A DNA stretch of 59,906 nt. Source: a virus. Its lineage: Duplodnaviria > Caudoviricetes. The stretch lies in the IMG/VR virus record IMGVR_UViG_3300006789_000024, positions 1-59,906 of that record; one strand, written 5' to 3'. This document shows positions 1 through 8,298 of the stretch, in pieces. The notes below the pieces were generated by a model. It did not search any database, had not been told where the DNA came from, and saw only the letters and a list, made by a program, of their open reading frames with translations. The translations under genes and the position numbers were made by a program. Position 1 is the first letter of the stretch, and each line of letters opens with the position of its first letter.

Positions 1-339
1 GAAATCGCAACACGCGCACACAATTACGACCAACGTATTAGAGCAATCGTAACGGCTATTGACCTAATTCAAAAGAGACCAGCATTAGAGTATGCCACTG
101 AACATTTAACATTATCTTTGATGTTAGCTGAATATGAAGCCAAGCTCTTAGACCTTCATACACCCAAAGAGTACATGATTACCTTTGAGAAAGGAGGTTG
201 GAATACATGTTATAGTACCAACGACGAAGAAGCATTAGCCATAGCCAAAGAAGAATATGATGGAGAACACACTAAAGTTGAAAGTGTTAGAGTGGCAACC
301 AAGTCCGGAATAAAAGCAGCAATGAGAAGTTTTCACTAA
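1..339 (+). CDS. hypothetical protein, 5'-truncated by window edge
   Basis: Frame 1 is open from base 1 (EIATRAHNYDQR...) through the tracked 118..339 ORF. Confidence 0.75.
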   Translation, partial: EIATRAHNYDQRIRAIVTAIDLIQKRPALEYATEHLTLSLMLAEYEAKLLDLHTPKEYMITFEKGGWNTCYSTNDEEALAIAKEEYDGEHTKVESVRVATKSGIKAAMRSFH

Positions 340-375
340 AAAGAATTACTAATAATTTAATAAAATAAAAAAAGA

Positions 376-720
376 ATGGCTTACATTTCACCAGAACAGG
401 TAAAAGAAAAAAGAAAAGAAATTAGAACCAAGTATCCCTCAAAAGACGGTTGGAAAATCTCAGTAAGAGGTAGAGACTATTCATGTCTTGACATCTCGAT
501 ATTAGAAGCACCTAGAGACCTTGATTGTGGAGATTATAGTCAAATCAACCATTACAATTTAAGTGAACTGAAAGAACAGGAGTTATTTGAGGATATAACC
601 AGTATTGCAATGCGGGGTAATCACGATAATTCAGATGCGATGACAGATTACTTTGATGTTGGTTGGTATTTCCATTTAAGCGTTGGAAATTGGGACAAAC
701 CTTTCAAAACTAATTGTTAA
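376..720 (+). CDS. LPD29-like domain protein (polyvalent-protein associated)
   Basis: KYP...KISVR N-terminal part and DNSDAMTDYFDVGWY motif recalled as typical of LPD29. Confidence 0.6.
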   Translation: MAYISPEQVKEKRKEIRTKYPSKDGWKISVRGRDYSCLDISILEAPRDLDCGDYSQINHYNLSELKEQELFEDITSIAMRGNHDNSDAMTDYFDVGWYFHLSVGNWDKPFKTNC

Positions 721-795
721 TAACTTTAAGAAATTAAATGAAAATAAATCACCTGGATTTTTATATGTCGTTTATTTTTATTATATTTACTATGT
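712..795 (+). promoter_or_regulatory. early-type promoter repeat, copy 1
   Basis: AATTGTTAATAACTT at 712, ATGTCGT at 765, 9 nt, then TTATATTTAC at 781; recurs at 12.8, 16.0 and 16.5 kb. Confidence 0.8.
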
Positions 796-815
796 AAACA
801 AAAACAAATAAAACT

Positions 816-1130
816 ATGTCATACGAAGAAAACTTTCAAAAATCAAACTCAAGAGATTTATCTCAACACACTAAAGCTTTCCTTTTACAAGGTGCAAGCT
901 GTACAGGTTCTTTCTTAGAAGGACTTTACATGAATGAAGAACATTTATTTATTTCTGAACCTTTCGAAAAACTACAAGAATTTTGCGAATGGATAGACGT
1001 AGAAATTGGAGGAGCTGGTAGAATAAACATAGACCAATTATGGAGTAGCTTTAATAATCAAGAAGACCCACTTTGCCAGATGTTTATAGAAGATACTAAG
1101 AAGACAATGATGAAATACAAAAACCTTTAA
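816..1130 (+). CDS. hypothetical protein (early-type)
   Basis: ORF directly downstream of the promoter repeat, A-rich leader. Confidence 0.8.
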   Translation: MSYEENFQKSNSRDLSQHTKAFLLQGASCTGSFLEGLYMNEEHLFISEPFEKLQEFCEWIDVEIGGAGRINIDQLWSSFNNQEDPLCQMFIEDTKKTMMKYKNL

Positions 1131-1139
1131 TAATTATAT

Positions 1140-1322
1140 ATGGCACTTAAGAAAACAATAGGAACATTCGAAATCAAAGCATCAAACACTGGGTTAATTT
1201 CAGTATACAAAAATGGAGAAATACAAAAAGCAATAAGCTGTCAACCAGGACAATTAGAAGAGAGGTTCAATGCAGTATGCATTTCGGTCGAAAAATATAT
1301 TAACAAAAATAAAAAACAATAA
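1140..1322 (+). CDS. hypothetical protein
   Basis: ORF in operon context. Confidence 0.7.
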   Translation: MALKKTIGTFEIKASNTGLISVYKNGEIQKAISCQPGQLEERFNAVCISVEKYINKNKKQ

Positions 1323-1323
1323 T

Positions 1324-1578
1324 ATGAATTTATTACAAATCAAACAAGCAGTATTAGCATTAGACAATAGTGAATTAAGAGAATTAAATAGCTACATAGT
1401 AGACAGAAATAAACAAATAGCTATGCGCAAAAAATCAGATTTTTATGTAGGACAAAAGATTGAATGTCAAGGAGATATATTCGTAATCTCTAAACTTAAT
1501 AGAAGTAGAGCAAAATGTATAAAAGACAGTACAGGCGAAAGATATAATATTCCTTTCAGCATGATGTCAGTAGCTTAA
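1324..1578 (+). CDS. hypothetical protein (possible SH3-like C-terminus)
   Basis: Start moved to ATG 1324 to avoid overlap; FYVGQKIEC..FVISKLNR..AKC beta-rich pattern. Confidence 0.7.
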   Translation: MNLLQIKQAVLALDNSELRELNSYIVDRNKQIAMRKKSDFYVGQKIECQGDIFVISKLNRSRAKCIKDSTGERYNIPFSMMSVA

Positions 1579-1597
1579 TAAAGGTAATAAAGGTATT

Positions 1598-1728
1598 AGT
1601 GCTCCTGGAGTGTTCCTCAGGAGCACTTCTGAGTGCACTTGCCGGAGTGTTCCCTGGAGTGTTCTGGGAAGCACTTCTGAGAGTGTTCCCTGGAGTGTTT
1701 CTGAGAGTGTTCCCCTGTGCACTAATAG
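1598..1728. repeat. 10-bp inverted repeat overlapping a degenerate 12-bp tandem array (GAGTGTTCCCTG / GAGCACTTCTGA types)
   Basis: AGTGCTCCTG 1598-1607 pairs with CAGGAGCACT 1618-1627; nine 12-mers in register from 1621 to 1728. Confidence 0.85.
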
Positions 1729-2085
1729 TGAATAGTCACTCCAGTGTAAAATGGCCATAACTCACCAGGTGCACTATCACTCACTAGTGCACTACAGCAT
1801 CACTGTGGTCATCTCAATGTCTTGAGTGCCTTTAGTGCCTTTGAGTGATATAGTGACACTTGACTCTTTAAGTTGCCTAGGTGCACTCAGTGCACGCTGG
1901 CATCACTAGGCATGCTACAGCGTCGTACGTCACTCATCACTCAATGACTCACTTCATCATGCATCGTCACTCCATCACTCCAAGTCATCAGTGAGTCTCA
2001 TCACATGTCGCTACGATCACTACAGTGAGTTTAGTGAGTTTAAGTGAATATGTCACTCAGGTCACTAGGTGTCACTAGGTCACCG
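1729..2085. repeat. non-coding block dense in CACT/AGTG, GTGCAC palindromes and GTCACT repeats
   Basis: GTGCAC at 1769, 1787, 1881, 1890; TCACTC runs 1930-1980; AGTGAGTTT repeats from 2024; GTCAC(T/C) at 2052, 2061, 2071, 2079. Confidence 0.75.
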
Positions 2086-2325
2086 GCAGCGCAATGATGT
2101 CCCCCAGGTTCTCGTAGTTCGGCCAGTATTTTGGGGTTCTTCAGTGAATGTCATAGAAAGGCACGGCATCTCACGGTCCGTACCGGCACCCTGGACCCTT
2201 ATTCAGCAGGGACAAAAAAATAGAACTATAAAACCCAAATACTCAGACCCCTAACTGAGGCAATGTTACCGGACAGCCAAAAAATATACCCGGAAAATTT
2301 AAGCATATCGGAGCCTAAAGTAGAG

Positions 2326-2334
2326 AGATATATA
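2326..2334 (+). promoter_or_regulatory. late-type promoter motif AGATATATA
   Basis: Motif recurs upstream of many structural genes. Confidence 0.55.
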
Positions 2335-2367
2335 GACTATAATAACCTTAAAAAGAAAACCACCAAT

Positions 2368-2991
2368 ATGTTCGGATATACTCCACAGCAATTCTTAAAG
2401 AAAGCCGCAAACAATAGACCACCCGAAACTAATGATATTGAACATGGTGAAAGACCTAAAGCTTCTGAACAAGCAAACACTGAGGCAGAAACTAATCAAC
2501 TAAACATCGAAGGTACTCAGGTAGATTTAGAGAATAATAAAGAGGCTAATATAAGTGACGCAAACCTGGATAAACAAGCACTTAAAGATAATAGTGGACA
2601 AGGAGATACTAGAATAAAAGGTGACGAAGACTTAGGATGGTTCGCAACTATGAAGGAGAAGATAAAGAATAATGTTAAGAACGCTGCAATGGACAAAATG
2701 TCAGAGACTATGGGAGGAAAAAATGAGAAAAGCGGCGACGAAGGAACTCCTCCTTTAGAAAGCAATACAGCTCCTGGAGAAAATCGCCCTGGCCAACAGG
2801 AACTACCACAACCTGATAAAAACCGCCCAAAACCAGGTGTCCCGCAAACTGAAGGTATACTCACAAACCCAGGTTCTATGGAAACTCCAGTTACTGGTGG
2901 AGTAGAAATACCGCAAGCATCGATTCCTGGAAGCAACTTCAAAATGCCTTCATTAGGTAGAGTTGTACCTAAAATGCCTAGAATAGGATAA
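2368..2991 (+). CDS. low-complexity Pro/Gly/Asn-rich hypothetical protein
   Basis: ORF 2263..2991; ATG 2368 preferred because it lies downstream of the AGATATATA motif. Confidence 0.7.
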   Translation: MFGYTPQQFLKKAANNRPPETNDIEHGERPKASEQANTEAETNQLNIEGTQVDLENNKEANISDANLDKQALKDNSGQGDTRIKGDEDLGWFATMKEKIKNNVKNAAMDKMSETMGGKNEKSGDEGTPPLESNTAPGENRPGQQELPQPDKNRPKPGVPQTEGILTNPGSMETPVTGGVEIPQASIPGSNFKMPSLGRVVPKMPRIG

Positions 2992-3299
2992 CAAACCTCT
3001 AGACTCTGAATAAATTCTTATCGCATTATTATAAAAAGTAAGAGTATCTCAGAACTAATAGGAGTATTTGTATTGGTTTAGAGTACTATGACTACTAAAA
3101 GTCCCGCAAGCAAGGGGGTAAATTAGAGTATTTTTATTATTGGCCCGATATTTTTCAACCCGATATAGCATGCCTCCGGCCTGTCGGTCCCGTTGTCGCC
3201 GATATTGTAGAGTAATTTTTCCCTTTATTTAACTTGTAGTCACTACCAAAAATTTTTCGAACACACTTGAAATAACTTAAAAGGAAATATATAAACTAT

Positions 3300-3326
3300 A
3301 AACAATATAAGAATTTTTCATATAAT
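3300..3326 (+). promoter_or_regulatory. middle-type promoter AAAC-N17-TATAAT
   Basis: Exact spacing repeated five times in the window. Confidence 0.65.
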
Positions 3327-3352
3327 ACTATAATAACCTAAATAGAGAAAAC

Positions 3353-3595
3353 ATGACTACAGAATACGTATCTTGGAAAACCAAGAAAAAGAACGGAAGA
3401 ACACTAATGATTTGCCAGAACTCAAATCCAGAATTAAGTAAGTATCCTCAATGGGGACCAGAAAAGGGCATTTGTGAAGAGTGGTCAGAGGTCGGTCCAG
3501 ATACTACAGCATCTACATGTTGGAGATGTGCTGCAAGGTCAGTAAGTGATATGAATTATTTTAGAAATAATAGCTACATTGAAATAAATAAATAA
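3353..3595 (+). CDS. small Cys-rich putative Zn-binding protein
   Basis: Four Cys including a C-terminal CWRC; ends 2 nt before clpC. Confidence 0.75.
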   Translation: MTTEYVSWKTKKKNGRTLMICQNSNPELSKYPQWGPEKGICEEWSEVGPDTTASTCWRCAARSVSDMNYFRNNSYIEINK

Positions 3596-3597
3596 TT

Positions 3598-5595
3598 ATG
3601 AAAGAAAATGATAAATTCTCAAATAAACCTAAAGGTAATAATAGTATATTAGAACATTTCGGAGAAGACTTAACTGAAGCCGCTAGGTTGGGTGAACTTG
3701 ACCCTATTGTAGGTAGAGAAAGCGAAATAAATAGAATTTGCCAAATTCTTTCGAGAAGAAAGAAGAATAATCCTATAATATTAGGAGATGCTGGAGTAGG
3801 TAAAACCGCAATAGTAGAGGCAATTGCACAGAGAATCATAGATAAAAAGGTTGCAAGAACTCTATTTAATAAGAGGATAGTCTGTGTGAATATAAGTAGT
3901 CTAGTTGCTGGCACGAAATATAGAGGAGAGTTCGAAGAGAGAATGAAGTTATTAGTTGAAGAACTTAAAGGTAATAAAAACATAATTGTATTTTTTGATG
4001 AGATTCATACGTTAGTCGGGGCTGGAGGTGTTAGTGGAAGTTTAGACGCTTCTAATATATTAAAACCTTCGCTATCTTCTGGTAAAATCCAATGTGTTGG
4101 AGCAACGACACTAGATGAATATAGAGAAAATATAGAAAAAGATGCAGCTTTAACTAGACGATTCCAAGAAGTTATGATAGAACCTCCATCTGAAGCAGAT
4201 ACTATAGAGATTCTGAATCGATTAAAAGATTCATATGAAGAATTCCATGGTGTTTCTTATGATGATGAAGCTATCAAAGCATGTGTAACGCTATCTAATA
4301 GATATATTACTCAAAGAGAATTACCAGATAAAGCAATCGATATTATGGATGAGGCTGGTGCAAAAATTCATATGAGAGATATTATAGTACCTAAAAATAT
4401 TAAAGGATTAGAATTAAAATCGACAGAATACGGAAAACTTAAAAGAGATTCTGTAGTAAAACAAGATTACGAGGCAGCTGCAAAATTTAGAGATTTAGAA
4501 ATTCAAAAGAACAATGAACTTGATAAAAAAATTAAGAAATGGGAATCGTCAATAAAGACTAAAAGAAAGCCAGTAACGAGAGAACATATTGCTGCAATAA
4601 TTGAACATGCCACAGGAATTCCTGTCACTGCCCTAACAGATAAAGAAAATGACATAATGGTAAATATGGAGAAAAACCTCCACAAAAGAATTATCGGACA
4701 AAATGACGCAGTTTCAGCAGTATGTAAGGTTATTAAAAGAAGTAGAGCTGGTGTTTCATCTGCTAATAAGCCAATAGGTTCATTTATGTTTATCGGTCCT
4801 ACTGGAGTTGGTAAAAGCCATTTAGTAAAATATCTAACAGAAAGTTATTTTGGTTCAGAGGATAATTTGATAAGAATTGATATGTCAGAATATCAACAAA
4901 GCTTTAATGTTTCTCGACTAATTGGCTCTCCTCCAGGATATGTTGGTCATGATAGTGGAGGCCAATTAACGGAAGCTGTTCGTAGAAAACCATATTCTGT
5001 TATATTATTTGATGAGGTAGAAAAAGCACATCCAGATATTTTTAATACTTTGCTTCAAGTTTTAGATGAAGGTAGATTAACTGATTCTATTGGAAGAACA
5101 GTAGACTTTACTAATACAATGATTATTATGACTTCAAATATTGGAGCAAAAAAAGTTGCTGATTTTGGAAATGGTATAGGATTTGCTAGAAAGGGCGAAG
5201 ATACAAAAGCATCTAGAATAGAATCTATTATAACAAAGGAATTAAAACATAAATTTGCACCAGAATTTCTTAATAGATTAGATGACATAGTTTTGTTTAA
5301 TCATTTAGAAGAAGAAGATATTCTTAAGATTGTTGATATTGAATTAGGATTTGTTATTGATAGACTTGCTGCACAAGGATATAAAATTAGAATAAACAAA
5401 GCTTCTAAGTTATTTTTAATGACTGAAGGTTACGATAGAAAATACGGAGCTAGACCTATGAAGAGAGCAATACAAGCACATATTGAAGATTTATTAGCAG
5501 ATTCTATAATAAACAAGAAAATATCTAAAGATACTGGAGTAACGTATCAGATAGTCCATAATAAAAAGAATGAAACGCTAACGATTAAATCATAA
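3598..5595 (+). CDS. clpC: ClpC-type AAA+ unfoldase lacking the N-terminal domain
   Basis: Two Walker A motifs (GDAGVGKT, GPTGVGKS), pore loops GTKYRG and GYVG, short UVR-type M-domain (QDYEAAAKFRD), IGF ClpP-docking loop. Confidence 0.93.
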   Translation: MKENDKFSNKPKGNNSILEHFGEDLTEAARLGELDPIVGRESEINRICQILSRRKKNNPIILGDAGVGKTAIVEAIAQRIIDKKVARTLFNKRIVCVNISSLVAGTKYRGEFEERMKLLVEELKGNKNIIVFFDEIHTLVGAGGVSGSLDASNILKPSLSSGKIQCVGATTLDEYRENIEKDAALTRRFQEVMIEPPSEADTIEILNRLKDSYEEFHGVSYDDEAIKACVTLSNRYITQRELPDKAIDIMDEAGAKIHMRDIIVPKNIKGLELKSTEYGKLKRDSVVKQDYEAAAKFRDLEIQKNNELDKKIKKWESSIKTKRKPVTREHIAAIIEHATGIPVTALTDKENDIMVNMEKNLHKRIIGQNDAVSAVCKVIKRSRAGVSSANKPIGSFMFIGPTGVGKSHLVKYLTESYFGSEDNLIRIDMSEYQQSFNVSRLIGSPPGYVGHDSGGQLTEAVRRKPYSVILFDEVEKAHPDIFNTLLQVLDEGRLTDSIGRTVDFTNTMIIMTSNIGAKKVADFGNGIGFARKGEDTKASRIESIITKELKHKFAPEFLNRLDDIVLFNHLEEEDILKIVDIELGFVIDRLAAQGYKIRINKASKLFLMTEGYDRKYGARPMKRAIQAHIEDLLADSIINKKISKDTGVTYQIVHNKKNETLTIKS

Positions 5596-5620
5596 ACTTT
5601 AACTATAATTTCTATATAAT
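5594..5620 (+). promoter_or_regulatory. middle-type promoter AAAC-N17-TATAAT
   Basis: AAAC 5594, TATAAT 5615, ATG 5624. Confidence 0.65.
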
Positions 5621-5623
5621 AAT

Positions 5624-6538
5624 ATGAGTCAACCAACATTCACAGATACATTTAAGGGAATACTGTATGAGATTGAAAATTCTAAAATGGAAGCTAATCC
5701 AAGAGATTTGAAAGTTAAAGAATCTTTATTAACTACATTACCAATAGACCCTATATTTCCATTTGCAAACTTTAGAAATAGAAATTTTAATTTTGGTTAT
5801 TTCGCAGGAGAATTAGCATGGTATCTAAAAAAAGATAATGATGTTGATTATATTTCAGATTACTCAGGATTTTGGAAAAACATCACAAACCCTGGAACAA
5901 ATGAAATCAATTCTAATTATGGAAGTCTTTTATTTGGAGAACAATTAAATTGGGTGGTAGAATCCTTAAAGGCTGACAAGAATACTAGGCAGGCAATTGC
6001 ATTCTTAAATCAACCTAAATTTCAATTTGATGGAAATAAAGATTTTGTATGTACTATGTATTTAAACTTCTTTATTAGAAAAAATGAGTTGCACATGAAG
6101 GTTCAAATGAGGTCAAACGATATATTTTACGGTCTAACATTTGATGCTCCATTTTTTGCATTTGTTCATCAACATGTATTTTTATGGATTAAAGATACAT
6201 ATCCAAATTTAGAGCTTGGTACATATTACCATTCAGCAGATAATACTCATTTTTATGAAAGGCACTTCGAATTAGCTAACAGGATACTTTCAGAAAACAC
6301 TCATAGTAACGAAGAGTATTGTATGGAATTGACTGAACCTATGTTCAATGTTAATCCAGGTGGAATGGAGTTAACTTCTTCCGGTAAAAGATTTATTAAA
6401 ATGTTAGAAGGTTTCGATCCTAACGATGAAGATTCTTTATTTTATTTAAGATTACTTGCACCATTTTTAGGAATTACAAGAGTTGATGTAGAAGAAAACA
6501 ATATGGAGGATCAGAATAATCAGACATTTGCCGATTGA
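5624..6538 (+). CDS. thymidylate synthase-family enzyme, probable dCMP hydroxymethylase/methylase (T4 gp42-like)
   Basis: INSNYG, TRQA, DFVCT catalytic Cys, MRSNDIFYGLTFD with Asp at the specificity position, HFYERHF. Confidence 0.85.
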   Translation: MSQPTFTDTFKGILYEIENSKMEANPRDLKVKESLLTTLPIDPIFPFANFRNRNFNFGYFAGELAWYLKKDNDVDYISDYSGFWKNITNPGTNEINSNYGSLLFGEQLNWVVESLKADKNTRQAIAFLNQPKFQFDGNKDFVCTMYLNFFIRKNELHMKVQMRSNDIFYGLTFDAPFFAFVHQHVFLWIKDTYPNLELGTYYHSADNTHFYERHFELANRILSENTHSNEEYCMELTEPMFNVNPGGMELTSSGKRFIKMLEGFDPNDEDSLFYLRLLAPFLGITRVDVEENNMEDQNNQTFAD

Positions 6539-6539
6539 T

Positions 6540-6848
6540 ATGATACCTAATTTTAAAATAAATACCTTAAAAGGACCAAACCCTGATAATATGATTATAG
6601 ACCTAGATGGATTCTATAATCATATGATGTATTTTATATTATATGCAAAGATGTTACACCCAGAAGAAAATTCTTTATGGAATGATGAACAAGTTCTTTG
6701 TAGATTTATAGATGAAAAGAAAAACACATATACTTCTACATTAGAAGAGGATGGATATGGCGCATCACTAGAGAAGTGCTTAATTTATTTTGAAAGGATG
6801 GAAGAATATGAAAAATGTAAACTAATAAAACATATACAAAAACAATGA
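6540..6848 (+). CDS. small protein with C-terminal UVR-like motif
   Basis: YFERMEEYEKCKLIK; ATG 6540 preferred over TTG 6528. Confidence 0.75.
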   Translation: MIPNFKINTLKGPNPDNMIIDLDGFYNHMMYFILYAKMLHPEENSLWNDEQVLCRFIDEKKNTYTSTLEEDGYGASLEKCLIYFERMEEYEKCKLIKHIQKQ

Positions 6849-7051
6849 AAGAAACTCAGAAAAAAGAAATGAAACAAATTAAAGAAGCTAACAGTATTAT
6901 AGAAGAATATAATAAAATTAAAAAAAATTCTGATAGAATCCTTTATCTACAGAATGAGATGGCCGCACAAGGAAGACATGATGGATGGGTACTTGAAGGT
7001 CTTAAAGCTGAGCTAGATAAACTATTAAATGATAATAGTGAAACAAAATAA
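6845..7051 (+). CDS. hypothetical protein
   Basis: 4-nt start/stop overlap with the upstream ORF. Confidence 0.7.
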   Translation: MKETQKKEMKQIKEANSIIEEYNKIKKNSDRILYLQNEMAAQGRHDGWVLEGLKAELDKLLNDNSETK

Positions 7052-7067
7052 GAAATCTTGATATAAT
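7041..7067 (+). promoter_or_regulatory. middle-type promoter AAAC-N17-TATAAT
   Basis: AAAC 7041, TATAAT 7062, ATG 7071. Confidence 0.65.
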
Positions 7068-7070
7068 TAT

Positions 7071-7265
7071 ATGAGAATTACTATATATGTACATAAAGAA
7101 GATTTAGAAAATCTAAATAATGCATTAAATTCTGAAAATGAAATGGTTAAATCTATTAGAATTTTAAGGAATCCTGCTGAAGGTTTTATTGAAGTATCTT
7201 TATTATATGACGAATATGTTAAATGTACTGATTTAGGAATCTTTGAAGAATTACTATCGCTATGA
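7071..7265 (+). CDS. hypothetical protein (paralogue of 10058..10285)
   Basis: IxIYVH and GFIEVSLLY..Y motifs shared with 10058..10285. Confidence 0.75.
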   Translation: MRITIYVHKEDLENLNNALNSENEMVKSIRILRNPAEGFIEVSLLYDEYVKCTDLGIFEELLSL

Positions 7266-7567
7266 GTCGAGAGAAAAAGCAACAAAAATTATTTAGAGAA
7301 TTTATTGACTACCAGCTAAAGCCATTTAATTTAACATACGACAATGTTAAAGAAGACCCTCAATGGTACATGAGATATTCTACAACCCAAGAAAAAGAAA
7401 TTGAGTTCAAGAACTATATTATTGAGAGATGTATTAAAGTTCTAAAGCTTACTAAAAGAGAAGCTAAAGAGGAGGCAGGATGGTTTATTCTGCAATGGGG
7501 ACTTACAACGAACTCCCCTATTTCCGAAAAATTATATAAGGAAGCAAATCAAAAAAAGAAATCATAA
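7262..7567 (+). CDS. hypothetical protein
   Basis: ATGA overlap with the upstream gene. Confidence 0.8.
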   Translation: MSREKKQQKLFREFIDYQLKPFNLTYDNVKEDPQWYMRYSTTQEKEIEFKNYIIERCIKVLKLTKREAKEEAGWFILQWGLTTNSPISEKLYKEANQKKKS

Positions 7568-7603
7568 TTTCTTTTTACTTCGTTCTAAAAAGATAAATAC
7601 TAA

Positions 7604-8269
7604 ATGAACGAATTACCTAAAAATTGGCTTACTGAAATGCCGTTTGATTATGAGTTTAAGTACTATATTCTACTTGCTCAGGTTAAGCGACTTGAGGAGA
7701 GTATCTTAGAACATAAATTAGAATCAACATTAGAAGATATAGAATCTTCTTTAGTTATTTTATATGATATTAAATATGCTAAAGATAGTATAGAAAATAA
7801 AGACTCTAAAATAATTGGAATTGATTTCGATAATATGGAAATTGAATTTGATTATCCTGAAGATAATTTTACAGTAGAATCAATGTATGAATTATGTGAT
7901 GTTGCTATTGGACTATATGAAGGTCTTCATTCTAATTTAAGAAAAAGCTGGAGAATCGTATCTAAAAAACTCAAACTTTCAAATCTTACTATAGGTTCTA
8001 TAAAGAATAATGGATTCCTTTATATACACAATAAAGGAAAATTACTAAAATATAGTATTAGTATTCCATTGCCGTTTAATACATCATGGAAAGATGTTCG
8101 TGTTAGATATATTGATGAAATACCTGGTGATTTATCAGAACTCTCCCTTTTTATTAAAGAAAATAATGATGGCCTTAGACACTATTGGTGCGAATCAATT
8201 AATGATATTCCTCTTAATGATTGTCTTATTCCAGTTATAAAAAGTGTACTATATAAGAACTTAATCTAA
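7604..8269 (+). CDS. hypothetical protein
   Basis: 221-aa ORF preceded by AGATAAATA at 7591. Confidence 0.8.
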   Translation: MNELPKNWLTEMPFDYEFKYYILLAQVKRLEESILEHKLESTLEDIESSLVILYDIKYAKDSIENKDSKIIGIDFDNMEIEFDYPEDNFTVESMYELCDVAIGLYEGLHSNLRKSWRIVSKKLKLSNLTIGSIKNNGFLYIHNKGKLLKYSISIPLPFNTSWKDVRVRYIDEIPGDLSELSLFIKENNDGLRHYWCESINDIPLNDCLIPVIKSVLYKNLI

Positions 8270-8298
8270 ATATATAGAATATAAACAAAGATTAAAAC

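Noticed and set aside
1598-1728. CRISPR array
   Set aside because: Units are 12 bp, contiguous and degenerate with no unique spacers; no cas genes in the window
1567-2254. ORFs 1567..1758(-) and 2069..2254(+)
   Set aside because: They are by-products of the repeat block, with atypical composition and no promoter or coupling support
3598-5595. ClpB assignment
   Set aside because: The M-domain is short and UVR-type and an IGF loop is present, which fits ClpC
5624-6538. Canonical thyA
   Set aside because: It lacks the PCH motif and has Asp rather than Asn at the specificity position; only the family-level call is kept
7071-7265. DEYVKC as a fifth UVR-motif protein
   Set aside because: It lacks the preceding F-x-x-x-E helix and the downstream helix, and fits the 10058 paralogue family better
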